From Candidatus Fermentibacterota bacterium (GTDB lineage Bacteria > Fermentibacterota > Fermentibacteria > Fermentibacterales > Fermentibacteraceae), in NCBI GenBank assembly GCA_963718745.1, contig OY970370.1, positions 140,821 to 204,820 of the forward strand: a stretch of DNA of 64,000 nt, given 5' to 3'. The notes beneath the pieces are model-generated. The model was not told the DNA's origin. It saw only the letters and a program-made list of their open reading frames with translations, and ran no database searches. Positions 1 to 9,478 of this stretch are shown here, in pieces (within the stretch, counting starts at the first letter, position 1; every line of letters begins with the position of its first letter). Position numbers and translations under genes: made by a program.

Positions 1-756
1 GGCGGGAACATCGGCGGATTCGCGAGGAAGGCGCTCATCTTCTTCATGAGGCACTTCGCGGACGGGGTCATCGCAAACTCAGAATTCGTCAGGGAGACGG
101 TCGTCTCGCTGGAGCCCCGCCTGGCCGGAAGGACATTTGCGATCCACAACGGGATCGATCCCTCCGCAGCCCGTTTCAGTGATGGGGAGCGGGCACCGGG
201 AGCAATACGGCTGCTGAGCATGGGGAGGATGGACTGGAGGAAGGGTTTCCAGTGCGGTATAGAGGCCGTTGCGATTCTCAAGGACAGACACGGCATCGAT
301 GCCGAGTACACTGTCCTGGGAGTCGGGGCATGCCTGGAGGAGCTGTCTGCGCTGGCGCGCACCCTGGGCGTCGAGGACAGGGTGGTGTTCCCGGGATTCG
401 TCGACAGCGTCGCCGAGAGGATTGCGGCATCCGATATGGTCCTCGTCCCCTCCCTGTGGCAGGAGCCCTTCGGTCTCACGGTCATAGAGTCCATGGCCTG
501 CAGGAAACCCGTGATAGCGAGCAGGGTGGGAGGCATACCCGAGATAATCGAGGATGGAGTGAACGGTTTCCTCGTCTCGCCGGAGAGGGCTGCGGAGGAG
601 ATCGTGCAGAAGATACTGATGATGCTGCGGAACCCGGGACTTGCAGAGGACATGTCCGAGCGCGCCCGAGCGACCGTCCTGGAGAAGTTCACGATCGAGA
701 CTTCGGCGCTTCGCACCCGTCTCTTCTACGACCGGCTCCTGTCGGACAAAACCTGA
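1..756 (+). CDS. Glycosyltransferase family 4 (GT-B), 5' end outside window
   Basis: Frame open from base 1; motifs ANSEFV, IHNGID, GRMDWRKG, VPSLWQEPFGLTVIESMACRKPVIASRVGGIPEII are typical of the GT4 C-terminal domain. Confidence 0.9.
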   Translation, partial: GGNIGGFARKALIFFMRHFADGVIANSEFVRETVVSLEPRLAGRTFAIHNGIDPSAARFSDGERAPGAIRLLSMGRMDWRKGFQCGIEAVAILKDRHGIDAEYTVLGVGACLEELSALARTLGVEDRVVFPGFVDSVAERIAASDMVLVPSLWQEPFGLTVIESMACRKPVIASRVGGIPEIIEDGVNGFLVSPERAAEEIVQKILMMLRNPGLAEDMSERARATVLEKFTIETSALRTRLFYDRLLSDKT

Positions 757-823
757 TCAACAGTGACCGCAGGCGAAAGCGGGAACTCGTGAAACGACTG
801 CAGGGCGTGCGGTAACACGCACA

Positions 824-850
824 TTTCAAGGTTATTAAACCTGGAACTGA
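824..850 (+). repeat. Dispersed repeat, type L, copy 1 (TTTCAAGGTTATTAAACCTGGAACTGA)
   Basis: 23/27 identical to 8893-8919; close match to the reverse complement of 29450-29474. Confidence 0.75.
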
Positions 851-852
851 AC

Positions 853-880
853 TTGACGGGAGGGGAATGGTTCGTATGAT
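853..880 (+). promoter_or_regulatory. Sigma70-type promoter of the TetR-RND operon
   Basis: TTGACG (853-858), 16-nt spacer, TATGAT (875-880), 46 nt upstream of the tetR ATG. Confidence 0.6.
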
Positions 881-883
881 CGC

Positions 884-901
884 TGACTGAACGGTCAGTC
901 A
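884..901. promoter_or_regulatory. Palindromic TetR-family operator TGACTGA-N4-TCAGTCA
   Basis: Perfect 7-bp inverted repeat overlapping the predicted transcription start of a TetR gene. Confidence 0.75.
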
Positions 902-925
902 AGTGTCGAGGATGGATGGTGGCGC

Positions 926-1528
926 ATGAGCGGCAAGGACAGGATCCTGCAGGTGGCTGAGGATCTCTTCGTGGAGAAGGGCTTCACCGGCACCTCCATG
1001 AACGAGATCGCCGAGAAGGCCGGAGTCGCCAAGAGTCTCATCTATCATCACTACGCCTCCAAGAAGGCTCTCTGGCAGGCGATGATCCGGGAGTACCACG
1101 ACAGGTCCGGAGTGCTGGAGAAGTTCTACGATACTATCTCCTGCAACGACCCGGAAAAGCTTGTCGAGCTGGTCGTCGGCAGGAACGGTTTCTTCGATTT
1201 CCTGAGGAACAACCCGCGGATAGTCCGGCTCTTCTCCTGGCTGAATCTCGAAAAGGATTTCGAGCCGGAGTACCCGGAGGATGAGATCAGGACCCGGGTC
1301 ATCGAAAGGGTCCGGGAACTGCAGACGGAGGGCAGGATAAGATCCGACATCGAACCGGGACTCGTCCCGATAGTCTTCGTGTCGCTGATGATGAACTGGT
1401 TCGCGGCAAAATGGTCTCTCGTCCGATGGCTCGGCACCGGGATACCCGAAGAGGGTCTCGATGACGCGTTCATCGCTGGAGCGGTCGACATACTGCTGAA
1501 GGGAATCCTGCCCGATGCGAAGGCTTGA
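926..1528 (+). CDS. TetR/AcrR family transcriptional regulator
   Basis: N-terminal HTH ILQVAEDLFVEKGFTGTSMNEIAEKAGVAKSLIYHHYASK. Confidence 0.93.
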   Translation: MSGKDRILQVAEDLFVEKGFTGTSMNEIAEKAGVAKSLIYHHYASKKALWQAMIREYHDRSGVLEKFYDTISCNDPEKLVELVVGRNGFFDFLRNNPRIVRLFSWLNLEKDFEPEYPEDEIRTRVIERVRELQTEGRIRSDIEPGLVPIVFVSLMMNWFAAKWSLVRWLGTGIPEEGLDDAFIAGAVDILLKGILPDAKA

Positions 1529-2579
1529 GCTGCTGTCGCTTCTGTTCGCTGTCTGCTGCTCTGCGGGCTGCAGGGGAGATGGCGATGCACCGGAGCGCGA
1601 GACCGTGGTGCGGACGGTGGTCGTCGGGAGCAGCGTGATTTCCCGGACTGTCGTCGTCCCATGCAGGCTGGAAGGCGCGGATGAAGCGGTGATAAGCGTC
1701 TCCACCCCGGCCACGGTGACCGGCGTTTTCGTCGCGGAGGGCGATCACGTCGAGGATGGTGACCTGCTGGTCTCCCTGGAGACGGACGGGATGCACGCAG
1801 CGGAGATCGAGACGGCATCGGCGCGGCTCTCCGCAGCCCGTGCAGCCAGGGACTATGCGGCAGGCAACCTGGACCGGATGGAATCACTTTTCGAGTCCGG
1901 TGCGGTGACGGCAAGCCAGTACGAAAGCGCAGAAAGCGCGGCGATGTCCTCCGAGGCCGCCGCCGGGCTCGCCGAGACCGGCTACGGGAGCGCCCTGTCC
2001 GAGGCGTCAGTGGGACAGGTGAGGGCGCCGTTCACCGCTACTGTTTCGAGGGTGTGGGCCAGGCCGGGCAATCCCGCTGCCGGAAACATCGTAGCTCTGA
2101 CCGGGGGAGACGTGCTCGAGGCCTCCCTCCGGATTCCTCCCGCGAGGATGAGGGATCTCGAGGAGGGGCTTCCGGTCTTCCTGCAGACTACCCATTTCCC
2201 AGGGGAGATCTTCGAGGGAGTCCTTACAGCGGTTTCACCTTCAGTCGATCCCGTTTCCGGGCTGGTCTCGGCAACGGCGCAGTTCTCAGGACACGACGGC
2301 AGGCTCAGACCCGGGATGAGCGCCACCGCGACCGTCGCCCTGAAGACGGAGTCCGAAGCGATCGTCATCCCCCAGTCCGCCATGAGGCGGAACCCTGACG
2401 GGAGCTTCACGATAGTGGTCGTCGAGGACGGGGTAGCCAGGTTCCGGCCAATCGAGACAGGCATCCAGGAAGGGTTCAGGTGGCAGGTCCTCTCGGGACT
2501 CTCCGCCGGAGACAGCCTCGTGGTCATGGGAGTCAATACGGTCACCGAGGGCTGCAGGGTCAGGGAGGCCGGGATATGA
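1515..2579 (+). CDS. RND efflux periplasmic adaptor (MFP), lipoprotein
   Basis: Lipobox-like SAGC; lipoyl motifs VFVAEGDHVEDGDLLV and VRAPF; SPSVDPVSG, LRPGMSA, IPQSA, GLSAGDSLVVMG. Confidence 0.9.
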   Translation: MRRLELLSLLFAVCCSAGCRGDGDAPERETVVRTVVVGSSVISRTVVVPCRLEGADEAVISVSTPATVTGVFVAEGDHVEDGDLLVSLETDGMHAAEIETASARLSAARAARDYAAGNLDRMESLFESGAVTASQYESAESAAMSSEAAAGLAETGYGSALSEASVGQVRAPFTATVSRVWARPGNPAAGNIVALTGGDVLEASLRIPPARMRDLEEGLPVFLQTTHFPGEIFEGVLTAVSPSVDPVSGLVSATAQFSGHDGRLRPGMSATATVALKTESEAIVIPQSAMRRNPDGSFTIVVVEDGVARFRPIETGIQEGFRWQVLSGLSAGDSLVVMGVNTVTEGCRVREAGI

Positions 2580-5500
2580 GCCTTCCCGGGATGGCTGCCA
2601 GGCGACGGGTGACCTTCCTCATGGTCTTCCTGCTGATGGCGGGAGCAGGCGTCTTCGGGCTGACCCAGCTCGGCCTCGACTACTTCCCGAAGGTGGACCT
2701 GGGCGAGATCGTCATCGTGACGGTCCTTCCAGGTGCCGGTCCGGAGGATGTCGAGACGCTGGTTTCGGATGTCATCGAGGATGCTGTCTCCGGCGTGGAA
2801 AACGTGAACACCGTCGAATCGGAGAGCAGGGCCTCCCTGAGCACCGTTTCGGTGAATCTGAGCCTCGGTGCCGACATCGACACCGCCAAGGAGGACATAA
2901 AGGAGGCCGTCGACCAGGTGCAGTCGACGCTCCCCGGGAACTCGACCGATCCCATCATCTTCGCCCTCGAGAGCAGCATGAAGCCCCTGGTGATAGTGAG
3001 CTTCTCGAGCGAGGTGCTGAACAGCTCGGAGCTCCGGAGGCTCATCGAGGACGAGATCCAGCCCGTTCTCAGCAGGATCAGCGGTGTGGCGAGCGCAGAC
3101 GTCTCCGGCGGCGAGATCCGCCAGATAAACGTCGTCGTGGACCCGGTCCTGCTCTGGGAGCGGGATGTGTCCATGAGGCAGTTGTATGGCGCCCTTGCGG
3201 CCGTGGAGGCCGACCAGCCCGGAGGCGAGATAGACGACGACGGACTGGAGATCTCGATAAGCGTAAGAAGCGGATTCCACGATCTTCGGCAGATCCGGGA
3301 ACTCGTGGTCGGAGCGCACGGAGGGGTGCCGGTGAGGCTGGGGGACGTCGCGGTGGTCGAGGACGGCTTCAGGGAGCAGACCAGCATCACTACGCTCGAC
3401 GGATCCAACACGGTTCTCGTCGTTTTCAGGAAGAGCTCGGACGCGAACACGGTCAGCACATGCAGCAGGATAGTAAGCGAGGTCGAGAGCATCTCCGGGG
3501 CGTACGCCGGAAGCTTCACCACCGACATAGTCTACGATCAGGCGGATTTCGTCCGCTCTTCGATGAACTCGCTCCTCGCAACGGGAATCCAGGCGATCTT
3601 CCTGTCCGCCCTCGTGCTGCTCCTCTTCCTCGGATCCCCCGTGAACGCTGGCATAGTCAGCATCTCGATGCCGCTCTCCTTCATCACGACATTCGCCAGC
3701 ATGTACTTCTTCGGTGTGAACCTGAACATCATGTCCCTGGCCGGGCTGTCGATCGCGATCGGGATGATCGTGGACAATTCGGTCGTTGTGCTGGAGAACA
3801 TCCACAGGCTGAGGAAGGAGGGTTCGGGCGTCATCGAGGCGGCCGAAAGGGGTGCGAGCCAGGTCGGCATGGCCGTCACCGCCTCGACCCTGACAACCGT
3901 GGCTGTCTTCATCCCCATGCTGTTCGTGAAGGGGATGACGGGCCAGATCTTCAGGGACCTCTCCATAACGATCTGCAGCGCCCTCCTGATAAGCCTCTTC
4001 GTCAGCCTGACCCTGGTCCCGCTCCTCGCAGGGATGTCAGGGCACCTGGTCAAGTCGCACCGGAAGGGTTCGCCTCTTCAGAAGGTACAGGACCTCATAC
4101 AGAAGCTCGAGGAGGTGTACGCCTCGGGCGCGGCATGGTGCCTTTCCCACAGGAAGCTCACGCTCGGCCCGGTGATCGCCGTCTTCCTGGTCTCGGTCAT
4201 CCTCGCGAGGCAGATACCGACCGCGTTCATCCCGGACGTGAAGGAGGGGACGATGAGCATCGTCGCATCCGCGCCCCCCGGCACCGATCTGCATGTGACC
4301 GACAGCCTCGCGAACGCGCTCGTCGATTCGATCAGGACAGTGATCGAGCCGGGGGACCTGCTCCACACCAACATGACCGTCGGTCGCAGCAGCGGCATCG
4401 GAGCTGCGTTCGGATCCGACGCCCCCTGCCGCATAGACCTCGTGCTCTATTTCTCCGACGAATCCGAACTGAGCCGGCCCATAGACCAGTACCAGGATCC
4501 TGTCAGAGGCGTTCTCGATGCCGTTCCAGGCCTGGAATACACGATGACCACGGGCATGCCCGTAGGCAGCGAGTACCCGATCCAGGTAGCCGTCTACGGC
4601 ACAGACCTGGAGGATCTCCGTGCGAAGGGCGAACTGATCAGGAACGCTCTCCGGTCCATCCCCGGGACGATCGACCACACTTCGTCCCTCGACGAATGGG
4701 TCGACCTGATCGAGTTCGTTCCCGATCCCGCCGTCCTCTCGCAGCGCGGAGAGAGCCCGGCCGGGATATCCTCCGAGATCACACTCGGCGTGCTGGGACT
4801 GGATGCCTCGATCTACTACGAGGAGGGCGACGACATCGACGTCCACATCAGCTTCTCGGACCAGGCCGTGTCCACGAGGGAGCGGATCATGGGCCTGCCG
4901 GTGGCCGGGGCGCCTCTCGAGAGCTGGGGCGTATTCGAGTCCGAACTCGTGCCACAGATGGTCTGGCATCGGGACAGGAGCCGCAGCGTCCTTGTCTCCT
5001 GCAAGATCCAGGGCAGGGCGCTGGGTGACGTAGGCGCGGATGTCCAGGCGGTGCTCGATACTCTCGACCTCGGCGGCAGCAGGTGGGAGCTGCTCGGGGA
5101 CATCCCCGACCAGAAGGAGTCCTTCTCCAGCATGTTCCTTGCTATCATGGTCGCCATCGGCCTGGTCTACATGGTCATGGCGAGTCAGTTCGAGTCGCTG
5201 CTCGAGCCCTTCATGCTGATCTTCGAGATTCCCATGGCCTTCATCGGAGTCATACTCATACACCTCGCGACCGGGACCACTCTCGGGCTGACCTCTCTGG
5301 TCGGGATCCTGATGCTTGCCGGAATCGTGGTGAACAACGGGATAGTCCTGGTGGACTTCGCGAACCAGCTCAGGCGGGAGGAGGGTCTCTCCCCAGAGAA
5401 AGCGGTGCTGGCCGCCGGGAGGAAGAGGATGAGGCCGATCCTCATGACTGCGAGCACAACAGTGTTCGCGCTCGTACCGCTGGCCTTCATGTCCAGCGGC

Positions 5501-5650
5501 AGTTCGGCCCTCTGGACCCCGATGGCCCTGACTGTGATCGGCGGAATGGTCGTCGCCACCCCGCTCACGCTCCTGGTGCTGCCCGTGATGTACGTCGGCA
5601 TGGACGGCTGGCGCAGACACAGAAAGGCGGAAGTGGATGGGAAGGCGTAG
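2576..5650 (+). CDS. RND efflux permease (AcrB/AcrD/AcrF, SwrC-like)
   Basis: ATG at 2576 overlaps the upstream stop; about 1024 aa; PGAGPEDVE, GMIVDNSVVVLENI, GIVVNNGIVLVDF, RMRPILMT. Confidence 0.95.
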   Translation: MSLPGMAARRRVTFLMVFLLMAGAGVFGLTQLGLDYFPKVDLGEIVIVTVLPGAGPEDVETLVSDVIEDAVSGVENVNTVESESRASLSTVSVNLSLGADIDTAKEDIKEAVDQVQSTLPGNSTDPIIFALESSMKPLVIVSFSSEVLNSSELRRLIEDEIQPVLSRISGVASADVSGGEIRQINVVVDPVLLWERDVSMRQLYGALAAVEADQPGGEIDDDGLEISISVRSGFHDLRQIRELVVGAHGGVPVRLGDVAVVEDGFREQTSITTLDGSNTVLVVFRKSSDANTVSTCSRIVSEVESISGAYAGSFTTDIVYDQADFVRSSMNSLLATGIQAIFLSALVLLLFLGSPVNAGIVSISMPLSFITTFASMYFFGVNLNIMSLAGLSIAIGMIVDNSVVVLENIHRLRKEGSGVIEAAERGASQVGMAVTASTLTTVAVFIPMLFVKGMTGQIFRDLSITICSALLISLFVSLTLVPLLAGMSGHLVKSHRKGSPLQKVQDLIQKLEEVYASGAAWCLSHRKLTLGPVIAVFLVSVILARQIPTAFIPDVKEGTMSIVASAPPGTDLHVTDSLANALVDSIRTVIEPGDLLHTNMTVGRSSGIGAAFGSDAPCRIDLVLYFSDESELSRPIDQYQDPVRGVLDAVPGLEYTMTTGMPVGSEYPIQVAVYGTDLEDLRAKGELIRNALRSIPGTIDHTSSLDEWVDLIEFVPDPAVLSQRGESPAGISSEITLGVLGLDASIYYEEGDDIDVHISFSDQAVSTRERIMGLPVAGAPLESWGVFESELVPQMVWHRDRSRSVLVSCKIQGRALGDVGADVQAVLDTLDLGGSRWELLGDIPDQKESFSSMFLAIMVAIGLVYMVMASQFESLLEPFMLIFEIPMAFIGVILIHLATGTTLGLTSLVGILMLAGIVVNNGIVLVDFANQLRREEGLSPEKAVLAAGRKRMRPILMTASTTVFALVPLAFMSSGSSALWTPMALTVIGGMVVATPLTLLVLPVMYVGMDGWRRHRKAEVDGKA

Positions 5651-6479
5651 CCTCCTCGCCGCGGCACTCGCCCTCCTGTCGTGCGGAGGAGGGGATGCCG
5701 GGGCTCCTGCGGCGGAGCGCCAGGGATCCGCAGTTGTCGACTCCTCGAGAGGATCGGAAACTTTCGTCACCACGAGTGTGAGGATCGAGGCCGGCAGCGA
5801 GGCGCTTCTTTTCGGTTCCGGCAGGATCACCGGCGTGTTCGTCGAGGAGGGGGATCATGTATCACCCGGCCAGATACTGATAGGCCTGTCCGGCGACCTC
5901 CTGGTGGAGAATGCTGTAGCATCGGGCGCCGGGGAGCTGCAGGCAGCCGGGGCGGTTGCGCTCAACAGCGAGAGGACCTTCGAGCGCTGTTCCGAGCTGT
6001 TCGAGGTCGGAGCACTGAGCGCAATGGAGCTCGAGGGGGCGGAGACGGCCATGCTGGCTGCGCGGGCGTCGCTCCGTGAGGCGAGGGCAGGCTACGAGGG
6101 GGCGCTTTCCGGCAGGAGCGCGTCGACGGTTCAGGCTCCGTTCAGCGGATTCGTCGGAAGGGTCTGGGCCCAGGAGGGCAACCTCGCCGCAGGGGAGCCC
6201 CTCCTCATGATCACGGGCGGTGAAGGCTACATAGCTAGGGCTCTTCTGCCCGAGAGGGAATTCGGAAGGATCAGGGAAGGGAACGCTGCCGTATTCGAAT
6301 CGAGCACGCTGCCAGGCATCCGGTTCGAGGGCATCGTGACGGGCGTCTCCTCGACGATCGATCCGGTGAGCTGCCTGCTGCCAGTGACAGTCCGCATCTC
6401 GGACGCGGATTCACTCCTCGCCCCCGGCCTCTACGGAAGCTTAACCATACAGTCGATTCCTGGTTTCACTTCCTTCTGA
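5637..6479 (+). CDS. Second RND periplasmic adaptor, C-terminally shortened
   Basis: Lipobox LLSC; VFVEEGDHVSPGQIL, VQAPFSG, IDPVS, LAPGLYG; ends right after the beta-barrel without the membrane-proximal part present in MFP1. Confidence 0.8.
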   Translation: MGRRSLLAAALALLSCGGGDAGAPAAERQGSAVVDSSRGSETFVTTSVRIEAGSEALLFGSGRITGVFVEEGDHVSPGQILIGLSGDLLVENAVASGAGELQAAGAVALNSERTFERCSELFEVGALSAMELEGAETAMLAARASLREARAGYEGALSGRSASTVQAPFSGFVGRVWAQEGNLAAGEPLLMITGGEGYIARALLPEREFGRIREGNAAVFESSTLPGIRFEGIVTGVSSTIDPVSCLLPVTVRISDADSLLAPGLYGSLTIQSIPGFTSF

Positions 6480-6480
6480 T
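6456..6480 (-). repeat. Dispersed repeat, type R, copy 1 (minus strand ATCAGAAGGAAGTGAAACCAGGAAT)
   Basis: 20/25 identical to 8212-8236 in inverted orientation; contains the MFP2 stop codon. Confidence 0.6.
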
Positions 6481-6580
6481 AGGTCTCTAACCCGAATAGC
6501 TGCATGCAATAACTATCTATCTCAAAAAGCATGTACTTACCGGTTACAGTTGGTTCTATCCGAAACGCCATCCGCGATAT

Positions 6581-6610
6581 TTGACACGCCTCGACGGGCG
6601 CGGCTATCAT
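6581..6610 (+). promoter_or_regulatory. Sigma70-type promoter of the C10 peptidase gene
   Basis: TTGACA (6581-6586), 18-nt spacer, TATCAT (6605-6610). Confidence 0.6.
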
Positions 6611-6683
6611 CTTCCCGGTGGATACCGGCGATACTGAATGGGTCATCGTTCGTCTTTCAACACTCAAGAAGAGCAGGTCGAAG

Positions 6684-8147
6684 ATGCCGAAGTCATTTCT
6701 GCTTCTGTTTGCTGCATTCACAGCTTTCGGCGCGACGACGGACCAGAGCGCCGCTGAGAACGCAGCTGTCTACAGGCTGAATCGGGACGGGATCCTGGAT
6801 CCGTCATCCATCACAGGAATGACGGAGCTTCTTTCTTCCGATGGTGATATGCTGCTGGCTCGGGTCTTCGAGCTCAGCCCCGCAGGATATGTTGTAGTCT
6901 CAGCGGATGATGCCTTGCCTCCCGTGATCGCATACTCCTATTCGAGCGGATTCGGTTACGCCGAGGGACAGTGTTTCGGAATGGCGGAACTCGTCCGGTT
7001 GGATCTGGAGAACAGGATGAGGTATCTGGACTCCACTCCGGCAGGGATAACCGAGGCCAACAGGTCCATGTGGAGGATGATCGCCTCGTCCGAGATGGAC
7101 ATAGTCCCCTCGACCCTCCTCGAGCAGTGGCCCCCGGCCGGCTCCACGCCCACAGGCGGCTGGCTGATGGAGAACTGGACTCAGGGCGCCCCATACAACG
7201 CATACTGCCCGATGGATCTCTTAGCCGGATCGAGGAGCGTTGCCGGCTGTCCCGCCGTCGCGATGGGCATGATCCTGGACAATCTCGAGACGACCAATGA
7301 AACCCGCTTTACCGATTCTGACGACTATCACCACATCTATCAGGAAAACTACTGGATCGACGATGATCACGTCGCGCACGACTTCCCGTCCTGGCCCGTG
7401 CTCAACGGCATGCTCGACATCCTTGACACCCACTACGAACAGTCCACACCACTGACCAACTCCGACAAGGCCGCCCTCGTGTTCGCCTGCGGATCGGCCT
7501 GCACGCAGGTCTACTCCGCGTCGGGCTCGGGCACTTTCGGCGTGGGGCAGGCATATGACGCCTATCTTCGATTCGGAATCACCGACTGCGAGCTGCTCGA
7601 CGCCGAGTCGGACAGCCTGTACGAGAAGCTTTCGCAGAACATGATGGACACCCTCCCCGCCCACCTCGCGATAGTCGACGCTGCCTGGCAGTACGGCCAC
7701 AACATCGTGGTCGACGGCTACAACACCGATGACTACTACCACTTCAACTTCGGCTGGGGTGGCTCGACCAATGGGTGGTACCAGTTCCCCCTCAGCGGCA
7801 TGCCCTACAGCATGAACATCATAGAAGGCCTTATCCTGAACATCTCCATCCCACAGACATCGATAGAGGGGGACGACCCGCACCCGGATGCACAGTTGTC
7901 GCTATCGTGCCTCACCAATCCTTGTCCCTCGACCCCGTCACTCTCTCTGGAGCTAGCCGAAGCAGGACCGGTGGCAGTATCGGTGTTCTCGCTCGACGGC
8001 AGGCTTGCCGGAACGCTCCTCGACGGCTTCGTCGACGCTGGAACGCATCAGATCGCGTGGAACCTGGACACGCCCTCGGGAATCTATGTGATCCGTGCAG
8101 CCGGTCCTGTCGATGCTTCGGTGCTGAAGCTGGTCATCCTCGATTAA
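6684..8147 (+). CDS. Secreted C10 family (streptopain/SpeB-like) cysteine peptidase with prodomain and FlgD/T9SS-like C-terminal domain
   Basis: Signal peptide MPKSFLLL; prodomain GYVVVSADDALPPVIAYS; WTQGAPYNAYCP; catalytic AGCPAVAMG; GHNIVVDGY..YHFNFGWGG; C-terminal VSVFSLDGR..SGIYVIRA..KLVIL. Confidence 0.9.
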   Translation: MPKSFLLLFAAFTAFGATTDQSAAENAAVYRLNRDGILDPSSITGMTELLSSDGDMLLARVFELSPAGYVVVSADDALPPVIAYSYSSGFGYAEGQCFGMAELVRLDLENRMRYLDSTPAGITEANRSMWRMIASSEMDIVPSTLLEQWPPAGSTPTGGWLMENWTQGAPYNAYCPMDLLAGSRSVAGCPAVAMGMILDNLETTNETRFTDSDDYHHIYQENYWIDDDHVAHDFPSWPVLNGMLDILDTHYEQSTPLTNSDKAALVFACGSACTQVYSASGSGTFGVGQAYDAYLRFGITDCELLDAESDSLYEKLSQNMMDTLPAHLAIVDAAWQYGHNIVVDGYNTDDYYHFNFGWGGSTNGWYQFPLSGMPYSMNIIEGLILNISIPQTSIEGDDPHPDAQLSLSCLTNPCPSTPSLSLELAEAGPVAVSVFSLDGRLAGTLLDGFVDAGTHQIAWNLDTPSGIYVIRAAGPVDASVLKLVILD

Positions 8148-8186
8148 CGGTCGGAACCACAGAGAAACGGGATCTTCCATATCTAT

Positions 8187-8837
8187 ATGGGCAACATGGA
8201 TATCGGGGGCAATCTGAAGCATCTGAAACCAGGAACCGGCAGGTGTCCGTGGGTGGACGAGGGGAAGGAGGATTATGTCCTCTATCACGACCATGAATGG
8301 GGCGTGCCCGTCCACGACGATCGCCTCTGGTTCGAGTTCCTCGCACTGGAGAGCGCCCAGGCCGGCCTCAGCTGGTACACGGTCCTCCGGAAGCGGGAGA
8401 ACTACAGGCGCGCGATGGATGGCTTCGATCCTGTGCTCATCGCGGGTTACGGCGAGGCACGCATCTCCGAACTGCTGGAGGACGCCGGGCTCATAAGAAA
8501 CCGGGCCAAGATGAAGGCGATCGTGAACAATGCGCAGAGGTTCCTGTCGATCCAGCAGGAGTTCGGGAGCTTCGACAGGTATATCTGGCGCTTCGTCGAC
8601 GGCAGGCCTGTAGTGAACGAGATAAGAAGCATAAGCGACTACCGCGCCACCAGCCCCGAATCCGACGCGCTGAGCGCGGATCTGAGGGGCAGAGGCTTCA
8701 GCTTCGTCGGATCGACCATCTGTTATGCGCACATGCAGGCTACGGGAATGGTCAACGATCACTCGATCGACTGCTTCAGGCGCAGGGAGATAATCGACTC
8801 TCTGGAGCCACCCGGGACGAAGCAGCCAACGGAATAG
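8187..8837 (+). CDS. tag: DNA-3-methyladenine glycosylase I
   Basis: RCPW..YHDHEWGVP, LESAQAGLSW, IRNRAK, FVGSTICYAHMQATGMVNDH..C; exact start uncertain. Confidence 0.95.
   Translation: MGNMDIGGNLKHLKPGTGRCPWVDEGKEDYVLYHDHEWGVPVHDDRLWFEFLALESAQAGLSWYTVLRKRENYRRAMDGFDPVLIAGYGEARISELLEDAGLIRNRAKMKAIVNNAQRFLSIQQEFGSFDRYIWRFVDGRPVVNEIRSISDYRATSPESDALSADLRGRGFSFVGSTICYAHMQATGMVNDHSIDCFRRREIIDSLEPPGTKQPTE
8212..8235 (+). repeat. Dispersed repeat, type R, copy 2 (ATCTGAAGCATCTGAAACCAGGAA)
   Basis: 24/24 identical to 29586-29609. Confidence 0.8.
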
Positions 8838-8892
8838 GCACGGGTTCCTGCGCTGTCGCCATATCAATGGGCAGCATGATGTTCCGGCTCGC

Positions 8893-8919
8893 TTTCAAGC
8901 TATTTAGACCTGGAACTGA
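8893..8919 (+). repeat. Dispersed repeat, type L, copy 2 (TTTCAAGCTATTTAGACCTGGAACTGA)
   Basis: 23/27 identical to 824-850; abuts the hypA stop codon. Confidence 0.75.
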
Positions 8920-8921
8920 TG

Positions 8922-9257
8922 CTACAGGGTTTCGACGCTCTCGACCGAGCATTCCCGCCCGGTGAGGATGTGCTTCCCGGGGTGGCCGCAAATCTGGCAG
9001 GATGCGGCAAAATCCGTTGTCTGATACTCCTCCCCGCAGCCCGTGCACCTGACCAGGGCCTGAGTGTGCGTGATCAGGAGCCTCGGATATCCGAATCCCC
9101 TCTGCGAAGCCATCTCCGAGAAGCAGAACTCGAGCGAGCCGGCAGAGACCCCTGAGAGCGGACCCAGCACCAGACTGACGGACTCGAGCCGTTCGGGGCG
9201 TCCGAGCGAGCGCTCGATGAGATCGAGTATCTCAGACGCCACGGACATTTCGTGCAT
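8922..9257 (-). CDS. hypA: Hydrogenase nickel metallochaperone HypA
   Basis: MHEMSVA N-terminus; two CxxC (CTGC, CQIC); C-terminal ILTGRE. Confidence 0.95.
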   Translation of the reverse strand: MHEMSVASEILDLIERSLGRPERLESVSLVLGPLSGVSAGSLEFCFSEMASQRGFGYPRLLITHTQALVRCTGCGEEYQTTDFAASCQICGHPGKHILTGRECSVESVETL

Positions 9258-9478
9258 GCTGCCTCCCGACCTCCCGAGGAACCATCCCGGCTCGAACCCC
9301 GTTTATAACACCGGCGGAGAGCACCCTGGCAGCGCAGCCTCCAGGGAACGCGGTCCGATTTACCCTGGGCCGTATCGCTGCATATAGTCGAACGATGCTT
9401 CGGTTCCGGCGGTTCCGTGTTCGGCCGTGCCGCCTCATAACCCGGAGCAGGCATGCCAGACAAGACCGGAGGATGTAC

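Noticed and set aside
1982-5830. Long antisense and alternate-frame ORFs (e.g. 1982-3805, 4037-5830; also 53636-56221, 46903-48912)
   Set aside because: Shadows of well-supported genes in high-GC DNA; no motifs and biased composition
9341-9368. Cobalamin riboswitch (AGGGAA..GGT)
   Set aside because: Lacks the downstream AAxxCC, GCCCCCGCAACTGT and B12-box elements
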